From Bdellovibrionales bacterium (lineage in GTDB: Bacteria > Bdellovibrionota > Bdellovibrionia > Bdellovibrionales > CAYMLA01): a stretch of 64,000 bases of DNA. The translations under genes and the position numbers were made by a program. Each line of letters begins with the position of its first letter. Position 1 is the stretch's first letter. Where the stretch lies: assembly GCA_965217115.1 (NCBI GenBank), contig OZ244239.1, positions 1,696,001 through 1,760,000 on the forward strand, in the 5' to 3' direction. Of this stretch, positions 10,835 through 21,189 are shown in pieces. Below the pieces are notes generated by a model, which ran no database searches, was not told where the DNA came from, and saw nothing but the letters and a program-made list of their open reading frames with translations.

Positions 10835-10851
10835 AGCAATGAAGATGCCAA
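10835..10851 (-). promoter_or_regulatory. Sigma54 (-24/-12) promoter
   Basis: TTGGCATCTTCATTGCT, GG-N10-GC with consensus flanks. Confidence 0.65.
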
Positions 10852-11029
10852 GCTCAGTGATGATTATAAAGGGGTTCATGGAGTCAGAGAGTTCTCTCCT
10901 AGACAAAAATCTGGGAAGAAGGGGGTATTCAGCCACAACGTACTGATTTTAAAGAGCAATCAGGCTCTGTAAAGGAAATGAGTGATTTTCCTCAAATTGT
11001 CTTTGAGATCTGTGTGGGAGCTTTGATTT

Positions 11030-11488
11030 AGTTCTTTGTGATAAATATTGGTGGAGCAAGTTTTTTTCTGATGAGCCGTTTTTTTTCTAGAGTATCTCCC
11101 AAAAGACTCTAGCCCTCTTCTTGCTCAAACATCCGTTTGTCACCTTCCATTGCAGAGAAATGCAATGGAAGTCGCCAAGCCAAACTCGCCGAAAAGAACT
11201 AGAGTCTTTTGGGAGATACTCTAGAAAAAAATGCCGTATTCAATCAATGAGTCAATGGATCTTTGTGTAATATCAAAGGGGGTTGTACAAAAGACTGGGA
11301 AGGCCAAAGTGTTGGTTTAGAAATAGGTCATTTATTCTGGACAAATTTGCTCGAAAGTTTAAAACGAATAATAATAAACCTGGACTGACCTCCATGTATA
11401 ACAACGCTGTTATCCATGGATAGTTTTAGAAAGAGAGGCCTCAAGATGAGTCTCTTGGGAACAGTTCCACTATTTATCACAAAGAACC
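11030..11488. mobile_element. Non-autonomous IS remnant/MITE, IS1595-like
   Basis: 17-bp perfect terminal inverted repeats GTTCTTTGTGATAAATA (11031-11047 / 11471-11487) flanked by direct repeat TTTGATTT (11022-11029 / 11489-11496). Confidence 0.7.
11080..11231. repeat. Long palindrome, copy 1 (33-bp stem + inner hairpin)
   Basis: 11080-11112 is the exact reverse complement of 11199-11231; inner CTTCCATTGCA/TGCAATGGAAG. Confidence 0.9.
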
Positions 11489-11623
11489 TTTGATTTTATT
11501 GTGTTATTTGCTTAGGAAAACCTGTAAATATCCCGAATAACTGCAATGAGACAACTAAAGTAAGAAAACGGCATCTTGAAACTGTTATAAATTTGGTGGC
11601 AGTTTCACCTTGTAGAAGGAGTT

Positions 11624-12730
11624 ATGGCTATGAAAGTGTCCAGAGTTTTATGTTTGGTATTGTATTGCACCATTCTTTGTTTCATCCCTCTTAAGGGGCC
11701 AGTATTTGCTCAACTTGACGCTGAAATTGAGGCAGAGGAGGCTGTTGCTGATTCAGAAGCAGCCAGGGTTGAAGCTCGAGAGACGCTCAAAAGGGCTAAG
11801 AGACAGGAGAAGGAGAGCAAGAAGGCGCTTTTAGATGCTCAAAAAATCATTGCCTCATCTAAAAGAGCCAAAGCCAGGTCTTTGCGAGATATCTCTAAAG
11901 CTGAGGATCGTGAGATCAAGGCGAGGAGACAGAAGAAAAAATTTATTCAGCAGAAAAAACAGGCAAAAATCCGTGAAAAGAAGGCACTGGCACGAGTCGA
12001 GGTGGCGAAGAAGAAGCGAGATCGAGCTGAAAAGAAGATGGAAATAGCCAGAGAGAATAAAAATAAGAGCGAGGCACAGGCTCGTAAAGCTCTAAGAGAG
12101 GCGCGAAGGCAGGAGGAATTGGCTAGACGCAAAGATGCTGAGGAGAAAAAAGATGCACAAGAATTACATGAAATAAAAGAAGAAAATAAAAAGGCACAAA
12201 AAAGATTGAAGTCAGTGAAGAAGAGAGTCTCACTTGAGATGAAGAATTCTAATAAAGCAATCGCTAAACACAGTAGGAATAAAATAAAGGCAGAGAAAGC
12301 CCATAAAAAATTACTATCAAAATTTGAAGAGTTAGAGATTGAAATAAGCAAACAGACAGAGAAGAAGAAAGCTGCTGAGAAGGCGTTGCGGGAGGCCCGA
12401 GAAAAAGAAAAAACGGTAAAATCACAATTGAGGAAGGCGGAAAGGCAAATAGTTAAGATAAAGATAAAGGAAAGTAAAGTTCAAAAAAGGAAAAAAAAAT
12501 CAGAGAAGAAGTATCGATCTAAAATGGTTGAATTAAAAAACCTTAAAAGTGGCAAGATGAGGAGTTTGCAAAAAAGCTGTCATCATAGGGATAGAGCGAG
12601 TCTTAAAAGTAAATCTTTAGAGAAGCACAAAAAAGGGGATAAATTCCTTGTTATTCCCCATAGTAGAACTTGGTATAAGGTGATATCCCTTGATTCGACG
12701 ACTGGCTATATGAAAAAACATTGTTTTTAA
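11624..12730 (+). CDS. Secreted Lys/Glu/Ala-rich coiled-coil protein with C-terminal SH3b-like domain
   Basis: Signal peptide, long charged helix, C-terminal KGDKFLV..TWYKV..TTGYM; AGGAG RBS. Confidence 0.7.
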   Translation: MAMKVSRVLCLVLYCTILCFIPLKGPVFAQLDAEIEAEEAVADSEAARVEARETLKRAKRQEKESKKALLDAQKIIASSKRAKARSLRDISKAEDREIKARRQKKKFIQQKKQAKIREKKALARVEVAKKKRDRAEKKMEIARENKNKSEAQARKALREARRQEELARRKDAEEKKDAQELHEIKEENKKAQKRLKSVKKRVSLEMKNSNKAIAKHSRNKIKAEKAHKKLLSKFEELEIEISKQTEKKKAAEKALREAREKEKTVKSQLRKAERQIVKIKIKESKVQKRKKKSEKKYRSKMVELKNLKSGKMRSLQKSCHHRDRASLKSKSLEKHKKGDKFLVIPHSRTWYKVISLDSTTGYMKKHCF

Positions 12731-12820
12731 CTTTTTAGACCTCGTCCTAAAGCAAATGGGTTTTTAAAAAGGAAGAAAGTTCAAAAGTTGTTTCTATTTG
12801 AGACAATCTCGACGATTGTC

Positions 12821-12847
12821 TTAAGGTTCTGTCTAGTTTGTCGATAG
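12821..12847 (+). promoter_or_regulatory. Possible sigma28 (FliA) promoter for spoVG
   Basis: TTAAGGTT-N11-GTCGATAG vs consensus TAAAGTTT-N11-GCCGATAA. Confidence 0.4.
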
Positions 12848-12914
12848 AGTATTTGTAGGACACAACTGGATTAGAGTGATTTGATCCGTGAGAGTTAGCA
12901 TCGGGAGAAGTGAG

Positions 12915-13199
12915 ATGAAAATTACGGAAGTGAAGGTTTTTCCTGTGAATGAGGAGCGTCTTAGGGCTTATGTTTCTATTACAGTGGATGATAGTTTTGT
13001 TGTTCGTGATTTGAAGGTCATTCAGGGGACGAATGGACTTTTTGTCGCCATGCCAAGTAAAAAGCGCAAGGACGGTCAATTCCGTGATATAGCCCATCCT
13101 CTTAATCAGGAAACTCGTGAAATGATTGAAAATGCGATCTTTGAAGAGTACAAACTTCAGATAGAGTCCCATGGAGATTCAATAGAAGAGCTGGCATAG
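12915..13199 (+). CDS. spoVG: SpoVG family nucleic-acid-binding protein
   Basis: MKITEVKV, GLFVAMPSKKRKDGQFRDIAHPLN. Confidence 0.96.
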   Translation: MKITEVKVFPVNEERLRAYVSITVDDSFVVRDLKVIQGTNGLFVAMPSKKRKDGQFRDIAHPLNQETREMIENAIFEEYKLQIESHGDSIEELA

Positions 13200-13393
13200 G
13201 CGTAGATGTGCTTCAGTTGCTTCGATTCAAGGGCCTTTAAATCAGCACTTCTTCTGTTGAATTATAGATCCTAGGTCTTTTTTAGTTATCTAGAAAAGGG
13301 GCCTTGCTCCGCCCTGTGTCAATGGCACAGGGCTTTTTTCTGCTTGCTTCGCCTGGGGATTCCATTTAAATTTTTGCTTCTATATTTAGTTGT

Positions 13394-13468
13394 TGGGGTG
13401 TCGTCAAGCGGTAAGACAACAGATTTTGATTCTGTCATTCGGGGGTTCAAATCCCTCCACCCCATCCA
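13394..13468 (+). tRNA. tRNA-Gln(TTG)
   Basis: Acceptor TGGGGTG/CACCCCA, anticodon arm ACAGA-TTTTGAT-TCTGT, T-loop GGTTCAAATCC, encoded CCA. Confidence 0.97.
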
Positions 13469-13743
13469 TTTTATTAGGTCTTTTTAGCTGTAAGTTTAAA
13501 ACCCAAGTAAGGTTCAAGTGTTAATAATTTTAATCTGAAGCAGAATTCTTTAGTCTTCTTTCACGAAATTTCAACCTATTTCACAATGTGGAACCTTTTG
13601 GAACCCTTGGTGGAACCCTTGCAAAGTTTTTAGTTGATGCCCTCTACGCTATTATTTTTAGAGAAAAATGAGTCCAGTAACGGCTTTCAGAGGAAATAAA
13701 TCCTTTGAAAATATTGACCGTCTTTGACGGAAAGGAAGTCACT

Positions 13744-13902
13744 ATGGGTGCATTATTTTCGATGCGGAACCTTTTAGTTGTTTGGAGTGTATTTTATTTA
13801 TTCTGTCATGCCATTGGTAGACCTGAAGTCCCTGTGACTTTAATTTGGCGACTTCATCATAAAGTGATGAGTGGTATTGATAAACCGTGGGGTTGGGTAT
13901 GA
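13744..13902 (+). CDS. Small hypothetical membrane protein (52 aa)
   Basis: AAGGA RBS, hydrophobic N-half, ATGA overlap with next ORF. Confidence 0.5.
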   Translation: MGALFSMRNLLVVWSVFYLFCHAIGRPEVPVTLIWRLHHKVMSGIDKPWGWV

Positions 13903-14309
13903 AGATTAATACCTTAACCCTCACCCACCATATTGAGAGTCGAATGGCTGAAAACTCTGATTTGTCTGTGAGGTGTTCTTATCTTTTGCAGACACTTCTT
14001 GAAAGAGTCGAAGATCAAACAGAAGTGGAAGCCTATGATCTCTTTCTAATTCTTATTTTCTTGAGTGACGGGATACCTGCAAAGTGTATTGTTGAGCTTT
14101 TGACCTTGGTCACTGATGAAAATTCTTTTGATGTTTTAGAGAGGGACACCGTTCAGAGGTCGGCTGAGTTTTTAAGGGATTACTTAAAAAATTCTTTCTC
14201 TAAACAATTAGCACAGAATCGGAAAAGGCAGTCGATGGATAATAGCCTTGAATCTCGAATCGGCCAAAGCTCCGACACAACGAAAGTAACGATGCGTTGC
14301 TTTTTTTAA
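13899..14309 (+). CDS. Hypothetical protein
   Basis: About 136-aa ORF coupled to the upstream ORF. Confidence 0.55.
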   Translation: MKINTLTLTHHIESRMAENSDLSVRCSYLLQTLLERVEDQTEVEAYDLFLILIFLSDGIPAKCIVELLTLVTDENSFDVLERDTVQRSAEFLRDYLKNSFSKQLAQNRKRQSMDNSLESRIGQSSDTTKVTMRCFF

Positions 14310-14433
14310 GGAATAAGTTCAGCGTCAATCATCTGAAAACGCTTGAGTTGCACTACGGGACCAAAGTGTGTAATTTTGACACAGGACACCTGATATAATG
14401 TTGTGTATTAATATTTTGTGTTACATTGACATT

Positions 14434-14745
14434 ATGTCGAGTTTTGATTACAAAAAGCAAAGAGTGACACCTCAGCAGGCCAGAAAATTGGTGTCCGAAG
14501 TAATGAGACTTGGTGGTGATATTGAAGTATCAAAGCACGCAAAACAAAGAATGGACTCTAGGAACATAAGTATTACTGACATTTATAATGTCTTGAAAAG
14601 CACTTCTTCTCGAATATATGAAGAGGGAGAACTTGAAAAAGGAAGTTACAGATATCGAATGGAGACAAATTATTTTACAGCAGTAGTAGCTTTTTCAAAA
14701 TCTGGTAAAAATTTATACTTGATAACTGCATGGGACAAAAGGTAG
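14434..14745 (+). CDS. DUF4258-like (RelE/BrnT-fold) putative toxin
   Basis: SKHAKQRMDSRNISITDI, C-terminal LITAW; upstream of antitoxin-like gene. Confidence 0.75.
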   Translation: MSSFDYKKQRVTPQQARKLVSEVMRLGGDIEVSKHAKQRMDSRNISITDIYNVLKSTSSRIYEEGELEKGSYRYRMETNYFTAVVAFSKSGKNLYLITAWDKR

Positions 14746-14754
14746 GAGGATCAA

Positions 14755-15246
14755 ATGGAATGTTTTGAATGTGAAAGTAAAGACATAAAAAAAGAGTCGA
14801 TAACACATAAATACACAGAGTCAGGGCTTGATAATATCACTCTCTACGGTGTCATTCGGACAAAATGTAATTCTTGCGGAGAGGAATATTACAATTTTGG
14901 AGATATCGGTCAACTCCATGATATTATATCTGAATCAATAATAAAGAAAAAAGGACGTATTACAGGAAAAGAAATTCGTTTTCTTAGGAAGTATTTAGGA
15001 TATACTAATTCTATTTTTGCTAAAATAGTTGGTAAAAACAGTTCTGTTTTATCTAGAATAGAAAATGGACAACAAGCAGTAGCAGAGCCGTTTGATAAAC
15101 TCGTGCGACTTTTGGTTGATAATAAAATGGAATGTAGAAATTACGACTTCCACGATTTATTTCTCAACGGATACGGAGTCGAAACTGACAATTTGAAGCT
15201 CAAAAATGAAAATAAACATTGGGAAATATACAAACAAACAGCTTAA
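14755..15246 (+). CDS. MqsA-like antitoxin (Zn-finger + XRE HTH)
   Basis: CFEC...CNSCGEEY then EIRFLRKYLG..FAKIVG..LSRIENG; AGGAGG RBS. Confidence 0.85.
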   Translation: MECFECESKDIKKESITHKYTESGLDNITLYGVIRTKCNSCGEEYYNFGDIGQLHDIISESIIKKKGRITGKEIRFLRKYLGYTNSIFAKIVGKNSSVLSRIENGQQAVAEPFDKLVRLLVDNKMECRNYDFHDLFLNGYGVETDNLKLKNENKHWEIYKQTA

Positions 15247-15765
15247 TAAGTTCAAATACTGGGTGCTTAGTATCTCTTCTCGTGAGATGCACGAAGCTGT
15301 CAGAGATGCCTATGCCGTATTTGATGCCTACATCCCTATGTTATACCGCAATTGCGGTCGAAGGTTGCAAATACTTAAAATCACTAACTATATAAAGGGA
15401 AGTAGGTGTATCTTTCATGGAGCAAAAGACTTTGCTTTCAACTGGTGATTTAGTAAATAAAAACCTCTGGAGAGAACACACTTGAAGGACTAAGTCTTCA
15501 ACTTCAAAGTCACTTGGATATTGAGGTCTCTGTGTAGACTCTGCTAAAAAAGTCTACAGAAAAGACAAGGTGAAGCTAGATAGTGCGTATAAGCAGCGTG
15601 GATTGGTGATCATTTGAAGGGGATGGTTAAGGTTAAGTGGAGTTGCGCAAATGTATGACTTACCCAGAAATTAAAAACCCACATCAAAAAATGTGGGTAA
15701 TAGTAGGACTATCCCATCGCCTTTTTCTTTTGTGCAAAACGTCTTTTGGCCCTATAAGAATACAT

Positions 15766-16596
15766 TTAATTTACTCCTACACTTCCAGGAGAACTCTTTA
15801 GTTTTGGTTGCCTCCAAAGAGTGTGGTCATTTAAGACTCTTCTTGTAGAACCCCTCATATTACAGAATGCCAAAGCTGAAGTACTAGAGAAGTAAATATC
15901 GTCAACGGGAGGAGCGTCGGAATGTCCTCCACCAATAAGCGGGGTGATGGTAGGAGCTCTTTTGAGGATTTTCCGCAATTGTTTGCTATGTTTGGCCATG
16001 TCGTTGTTACATCTGATAATGGCTTGGCTATTTTTAGCAAAAAAATCTTTTAAGTCTTTACACACTTGAAGATCAAAGACCTTCGCTTTATTTCGAACAG
16101 TGTTCTCGACTCCTTGATCCTTCATTGAACTCTTGAAATCATTATATTCTTCAGAGGCGACACAGTTTCCATTTTTGTTTTCAAAAGTGATTTTACGATT
16201 ACTGTGAGACTTTGTTCCTTCAGCAGTGAAACGATCTTTAATAAGGACCCTTTTCCAGCCAGTTGAGTTTTTATATAGCACGAATTCGGAATTGGCCGTA
16301 GAGTCTTTCCCCCATGTGCCCTTTAACTCAGGAAATGTAACTGTATCTTTGTAAGCTGAGAGATTGTAACTCTTCAGAAATCTATCTTTAACCATTTTTT
16401 GTAATGAATTCTTAGATAACTCACCTTTATTATTAAACGGTAAAATCGCTAATTGAGGGAATTCTTTGAGATAATCGACACAATGATTTCCTGTGGAGGG
16501 GTGATTTGCAAAAACAGCACCTGCAAAAGCATCACTTCCCCATGATAGAGAAGTATTTAAAACTATTACACCCACACTCAAAACCTTAGCCCACAT
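15766..16596 (-). CDS. Secreted hypothetical protein
   Basis: GGAGG RBS before MWAKV, signal peptide; hairpin ACCCACAT/ATGTGGGT downstream at 15677-15698. Confidence 0.7.
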   Translation of the reverse strand: MWAKVLSVGVIVLNTSLSWGSDAFAGAVFANHPSTGNHCVDYLKEFPQLAILPFNNKGELSKNSLQKMVKDRFLKSYNLSAYKDTVTFPELKGTWGKDSTANSEFVLYKNSTGWKRVLIKDRFTAEGTKSHSNRKITFENKNGNCVASEEYNDFKSSMKDQGVENTVRNKAKVFDLQVCKDLKDFFAKNSQAIIRCNNDMAKHSKQLRKILKRAPTITPLIGGGHSDAPPVDDIYFSSTSALAFCNMRGSTRRVLNDHTLWRQPKLKSSPGSVGVN

Positions 16597-17023
16597 TTTT
16601 TCCTCCCAGGAAACTGTGCTTAATTTTATTATCATTCTAGTTGATACTAGTTTAACTAGAATCAACGAGCGTAAAAGAAGAAAGAGGGGGCTGGGGGGGG
16701 GATTTAGTCTTTTGTCTAGGAAAAAAAATAAGTTATAAAGTCAATGGAGCTGTTGATAAAGCCCCAGGGTCTGTTGTCGATTGTTCTTTTGTTCAAAAAA
16801 TCAGGGCAGAGCATTGCTCCAGGTTTTTAGATTATAGCCACAGGAAAATGAGCCACTCAAAATCACTTAATTTTCGAGATAAGAAAAAACTGACTCAAAT
16901 GTGAATCAACAACAAGGTCATAAAAAACACAACAAAATAAAAACCACATATTTCAAGTTTCCTCGGTTTTTTTTTTTTTTGGGGGGAATCGCCATGGTTT
17001 AAACAAAAGGTTTGATAGTTAGT

Positions 17024-17572
17024 TTAGGCTTTTCTTAATTTTTCTTTTGTTATATCAATCGCCTTTTGAGTTGATTGAATTTGATCCAATGGAGATTTTT
17101 CCCTTTCTCGGATAGATTTAGCTTCTATGAAAAAAATAAGAGCTTCTTGATATTTTTTTTGATCGAATAGATTTTTTCCTGCGTGCTGAAGAGCAAAGTC
17201 TAAATAGCATTTCACATCATCATTAGAACGGCAAACACTAATAATATCTTCAAGCATTTTATTACTTTGTGAAAAGTTTCGTTTCCACTGTAGGACATGA
17301 GCCAACCGAATTTTTTGTTGAATTTCCCACTTGAGGTTTAATTGATTTGCCCTAATTATGTTTAGTGCTTTGGTGAGTGTTTCTTCGGCTTTATCAAGCT
17401 CTTCGAGTCTTCTCTGGAATACTCCAATTCTTCCTAAAATACTAACATCTTGCTCAATATCACTAGTAGGGAGTAAACTTTTGAGTTCGCCTATATGGGC
17501 TCTTAATCCTTCTGGATCGCAAGAAATATCTCTTAAATTTCCATCTGTAAAAGTATTGAGTCTTTTATCCAT
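17024..17572 (-). CDS. Tetratricopeptide repeat protein
   Basis: TPR-like helices (RLAHVLQW, ALQHAGKNLFDQKKYQEAL). Confidence 0.75.
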   Translation of the reverse strand: MDKRLNTFTDGNLRDISCDPEGLRAHIGELKSLLPTSDIEQDVSILGRIGVFQRRLEELDKAEETLTKALNIIRANQLNLKWEIQQKIRLAHVLQWKRNFSQSNKMLEDIISVCRSNDDVKCYLDFALQHAGKNLFDQKKYQEALIFFIEAKSIREREKSPLDQIQSTQKAIDITKEKLRKA

Positions 17573-17592
17573 AAAAATTCTCGATCATGTTT

Positions 17593-18288
17593 CTACAACG
17601 TTTCTATAATGTTCCATAGAATAGGGATGTCTTCGTCAGATACACCGTGCCCCGAATTTGGCAGCTCAATAAGTTCAAAATTCTCTAATGAATCCTGGTA
17701 GTCTTTTATATCTAGTTCTTCAATATGACTTCCATCCAAACTTCCTTTTAGAAGTTTAACGGGGGCCTTAATTTCATTAAGACGAGGATATAGGTTAACA
17801 AAATGAGATTCATTTTTAATTCCCTCTACGGCTTTTGAGGAGATTGGATATTTTTTATCAGCGATCGCTTTTTCGTACCAATTTTCATCCACAGGAATAT
17901 TGATAGCAGCGTGGTCTATTAAAACTAATCCTCTTATCTTGTTTAAATTCTCTAAAGCATAGCCCAAGCTCCAAGCAACCCCTGCAGAATTAGCAACGAG
18001 AATTAAATCAGTCATTTCAAAATGATTAGCAACAGTAGCAATGTCTGAAGTATGGTCATCAAAGGAGTATCCTTTCTCAGGAGAATCACTGCTTCCTCTC
18101 CCTCTTAAACTCATGGAGATAGTTTTTCTTTTATTAAAATGCTTTAGAGCTTTTTCCCATGTATAGGCATTATCTCCCATACCATGTACAAATAAAATGA
18201 AAGGGGCTGTTCCTTCTTGATTTTTTACTTGATTCTTTAAAACTTGAATTTTTACACCATCATTATTAACAAATAACTCTTCAATCAT
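17593..18288 (-). CDS. Alpha/beta hydrolase
   Basis: LFVHGMG, LRGRGSSD, nucleophile elbow ANSAG, C-terminal SGH. Confidence 0.85.
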   Translation of the reverse strand: MIEELFVNNDGVKIQVLKNQVKNQEGTAPFILFVHGMGDNAYTWEKALKHFNKRKTISMSLRGRGSSDSPEKGYSFDDHTSDIATVANHFEMTDLILVANSAGVAWSLGYALENLNKIRGLVLIDHAAINIPVDENWYEKAIADKKYPISSKAVEGIKNESHFVNLYPRLNEIKAPVKLLKGSLDGSHIEELDIKDYQDSLENFELIELPNSGHGVSDEDIPILWNIIETL

Positions 18289-18509
18289 AATTTACCCCAA
18301 AGGCAATATACTCTAATTTTCAATAACAAGAAGACCTTTCGTTCAAGTAACTACATTACAAATATTATGTCAAAGAATAACTCAACATTCTCATCTGTTG
18401 ATTTCGTGTTTACCAAATCTCCAGTGGCAAAGAAGAGGACAGTCATTATTTTATTAGGTAGCGACAGTTTCCCATCTGTTATTCGTTACTAGCAACAAGA
18501 AATGGGCAA

Positions 18510-20339
18510 TCATTTAGATTGGCCATTAGTCCCATTACTAATATAATATTCAATTTGCTTTCTATAAGCTTCTTTTTGGACTGAATTAAACTGATCAGAC
18601 TCTCCCATTATACTGTCAAACGAAGCTCTAAATGTTTTGACCAGATCAACATGAGACCCCTGAAATAAACCCACTTCATTTTTGACCCCTGTGAAGGTAC
18701 GGCTAGGAAGGGTTAAAAAGTGTTTAGACGAAAGTGTACGATCAGAATAATCCAAAATGTACTTGCCTGCATCATCCTTAAATTTAAGGACTACATTTAT
18801 CTCATCACCTTCTTTGACAGGAAAATCAGCTATTCTTACAAAGTCAATTTCTCCGACCTTTTCTATAACAAATTTATAAGAAGAACCATTAACATTTACA
18901 TCTGTAATACTCTGAACTAAGTTATTATAGCTGTAACCACTCAGACCAATAGTTAAAAGAAGTTCACTTCTTGATTTTTGAATACTATAATCCCAAGAAA
19001 AACCCTTACTCTTTTCCAAATAAACACCTTGCTTCTTCGCGTAGTCAAAATAAACAATTGGAGAGTCTTTTTTTAATAAATGTGCCCATTTGGCTTTCTT
19101 TGGGTCATCAAATAACGTTAAATTTGGAGCCAAAGATTTATCATCCTCAAAGAATGTATTTCCTCCCCATGTCTTATGCTTATGAGAAGCATGGGAAACG
19201 ACTCCATGATCTTCACAACGACGACTTCCCAGATCATCACTTCTCAGATCATTACTTCCCAGATTATTACTTCTTAGACCATCACTAAAGGAGTTATACT
19301 CATCTGCTAACATTCCAATAGAGTGGGCCAACTCATGTTTAATCAAGTAATGTGCTTCTTTATGAACACTAAATGTAGCAATATCATGACCTATCCCTCC
19401 ATATGTTTCACTGTTTACTAGAACCAGAATCTGATCAAAAGGAGTTTCTGAAGCCATTTTTAAAGCTCGTTTTTGGTCTCTAACCACAAGAGCTCTTTCG
19501 AAACAATTAATTCCAAAGGCGGCACTATATACAGTCCGCTTGTTAATATTACGAATTAAATTTGAAACCCCAGAGTCAACCGAGGGGGTTGCAACGACCC
19601 ATATGTTTATATTTTCTTTCAAAGAAGAAAAAGGCTCCGTTTCCAACAACGGCAGTATATATTCTTTGGCATATTTTCCAAATTTTGACTCCATAAGAGC
19701 TTTTTGAGATGACAAGGCGATTTCCTCTTTAGAGAAACCTTCTGTTAGCACAACTAAGTCAAAAGCTTGCTCTGCTGGCTTATCTCCATAAATTTTAAAG
19801 ACCGCTTTTTCGCCGCTCCAACCATCAACAGTTTTATTTTCTTTAAAAGGTTTTTTTATATCTTCAATATTAATTGAAGATATAATTTTATCATCTTTCA
19901 GATCAATGATATCTAAAGAACGTGCTGTACTGAGATCTATTTTTGTAGAAATATCAAAAAAGAGTCCTCCTCGAGAGAAACTTACCCAATAATCAGGTCT
20001 TTCTTTTGATGTTTCGTAATAGTAGCTCTTTTTAAAAAAGTCCTTATGCAAAGAGAGTTTATTTTTATCTCTAATGACAACACCATAATATTCTCCATGC
20101 CTTTCTTTAGGCAAAGACCTCTGGTTGATGCTTTCAAATGAGGTGATAGTTTCAACTCCACTAAACTCCCAACCTTTTGGGCTAAAAGACAAGTGTAGAC
20201 GAAGATGCTGGGATTTAGTTTCAGATTTTTGTTGAATTTTACCATCATTTTTCAGTGAAACTCGATAATGCTCATTTTTATGACCGCAAGAGACTAAAAA
20301 GAATATAACCCAGACAAAAAAAACATAAATTAGTTTCAT
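18510..20339 (-). CDS. M64-family (IgA peptidase-like) zinc metallopeptidase, lipoprotein
   Basis: Lipobox LVSC, DLVVLTEGFS, EPFSS..INIW, YGG, HELAHSIGMLADEY. Confidence 0.85.
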   Translation of the reverse strand: MKLIYVFFVWVIFFLVSCGHKNEHYRVSLKNDGKIQQKSETKSQHLRLHLSFSPKGWEFSGVETITSFESINQRSLPKERHGEYYGVVIRDKNKLSLHKDFFKKSYYYETSKERPDYWVSFSRGGLFFDISTKIDLSTARSLDIIDLKDDKIISSINIEDIKKPFKENKTVDGWSGEKAVFKIYGDKPAEQAFDLVVLTEGFSKEEIALSSQKALMESKFGKYAKEYILPLLETEPFSSLKENINIWVVATPSVDSGVSNLIRNINKRTVYSAAFGINCFERALVVRDQKRALKMASETPFDQILVLVNSETYGGIGHDIATFSVHKEAHYLIKHELAHSIGMLADEYNSFSDGLRSNNLGSNDLRSDDLGSRRCEDHGVVSHASHKHKTWGGNTFFEDDKSLAPNLTLFDDPKKAKWAHLLKKDSPIVYFDYAKKQGVYLEKSKGFSWDYSIQKSRSELLLTIGLSGYSYNNLVQSITDVNVNGSSYKFVIEKVGEIDFVRIADFPVKEGDEINVVLKFKDDAGKYILDYSDRTLSSKHFLTLPSRTFTGVKNEVGLFQGSHVDLVKTFRASFDSIMGESDQFNSVQKEAYRKQIEYYISNGTNGQSK

Positions 20340-20540
20340 AATTGAGATTCCTCCGCTTTCATTCTGATACCGTTAATTTCTAAGGTTCTAGAGTACATAT
20401 TCTATGCCATGGAGAAAACAGCTCAGATAGCAATCTATCGGTCACTGAGCTTTTTTGAGGTGTCTAACCCCTAGCGTAGATTGTCAGTTTGGAGCTTTAA
20501 AAAGAGGCTTTTAAAAGCGATGTTTTTTGAACTCAATCAA

Positions 20541-20582
20541 AAAAAAAGGCCACTTTACAGTGACCTCGTCGCAATCTCCTGG
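20541..20582 (-). repeat. Dispersed intergenic repeat/terminator-like element, copy 1
   Basis: Invariant 26-mer ACAGTGACCTCGTCGCAATCTCCTGG; minus-strand hairpin + U-tract. Confidence 0.85.
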
Positions 20583-20619
20583 GCCTATCGGCTGAGGATG
20601 AATCATTCATCTGGGGTCT

Positions 20620-21027
20620 TTATTTCAAGTCAGAGCAAACTCTTTCAAATGGGTTCAAGCCTTTCCAAAGGCCAGTATTATCTCTATAAGTGAATTTTGA
20701 AAAACCAGATAAAGAATCATTTTCGATGATAGGGATCAGGTGGACTTGCACCCCCTGGTATTCATCATGTTCACCCAGTATACCGTAAAATACAGGAGTG
20801 TTAGCTGGAATGTTAAACTCCTGTAAATAGCCACTGCCCTTTTCTGACAGAGACAGTTCACCTGTGTTTTTACTATATGATGTTTTCACAATTAACGTCT
20901 GACCGTTCCCTTCAATTTTAATTGAACAGTCTTCTCCTCTCTCGTCCACCCCAGAGTAAACGACTGCAGCTCTCGCAAATGATGAAATTGAGGTCAAAAT
21001 AACAACAGCTAATAACATTTTTTTCAT
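20620..21027 (-). CDS. Small secreted hypothetical protein
   Basis: AAGGAG RBS, signal peptide ending ARA. Confidence 0.75.
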   Translation of the reverse strand: MKKMLLAVVILTSISSFARAAVVYSGVDERGEDCSIKIEGNGQTLIVKTSYSKNTGELSLSEKGSGYLQEFNIPANTPVFYGILGEHDEYQGVQVHLIPIIENDSLSGFSKFTYRDNTGLWKGLNPFERVCSDLK

Positions 21028-21189
21028 TCTATTCTCCTTGGTTTTAATTGTTTATTTTGATGCACACTAGCATGTAAGACGCAATGCAAACAGAGTCATT
21101 GAAAAGGTTTCATGATGACTAGCTAATAAAGTGAAGTCTACAGAGACTTTCACATGACCATTTCACTGAAATGCGAGTAATCTAATTAG

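Noticed and set aside
12747..13172. 141-aa minus-strand ORF
   Set aside because: Antisense to spoVG
15206..15660. 80-aa ORF and downstream fragments as an integrase or transposase remnant
   Set aside because: No recognisable motif; cannot be supported
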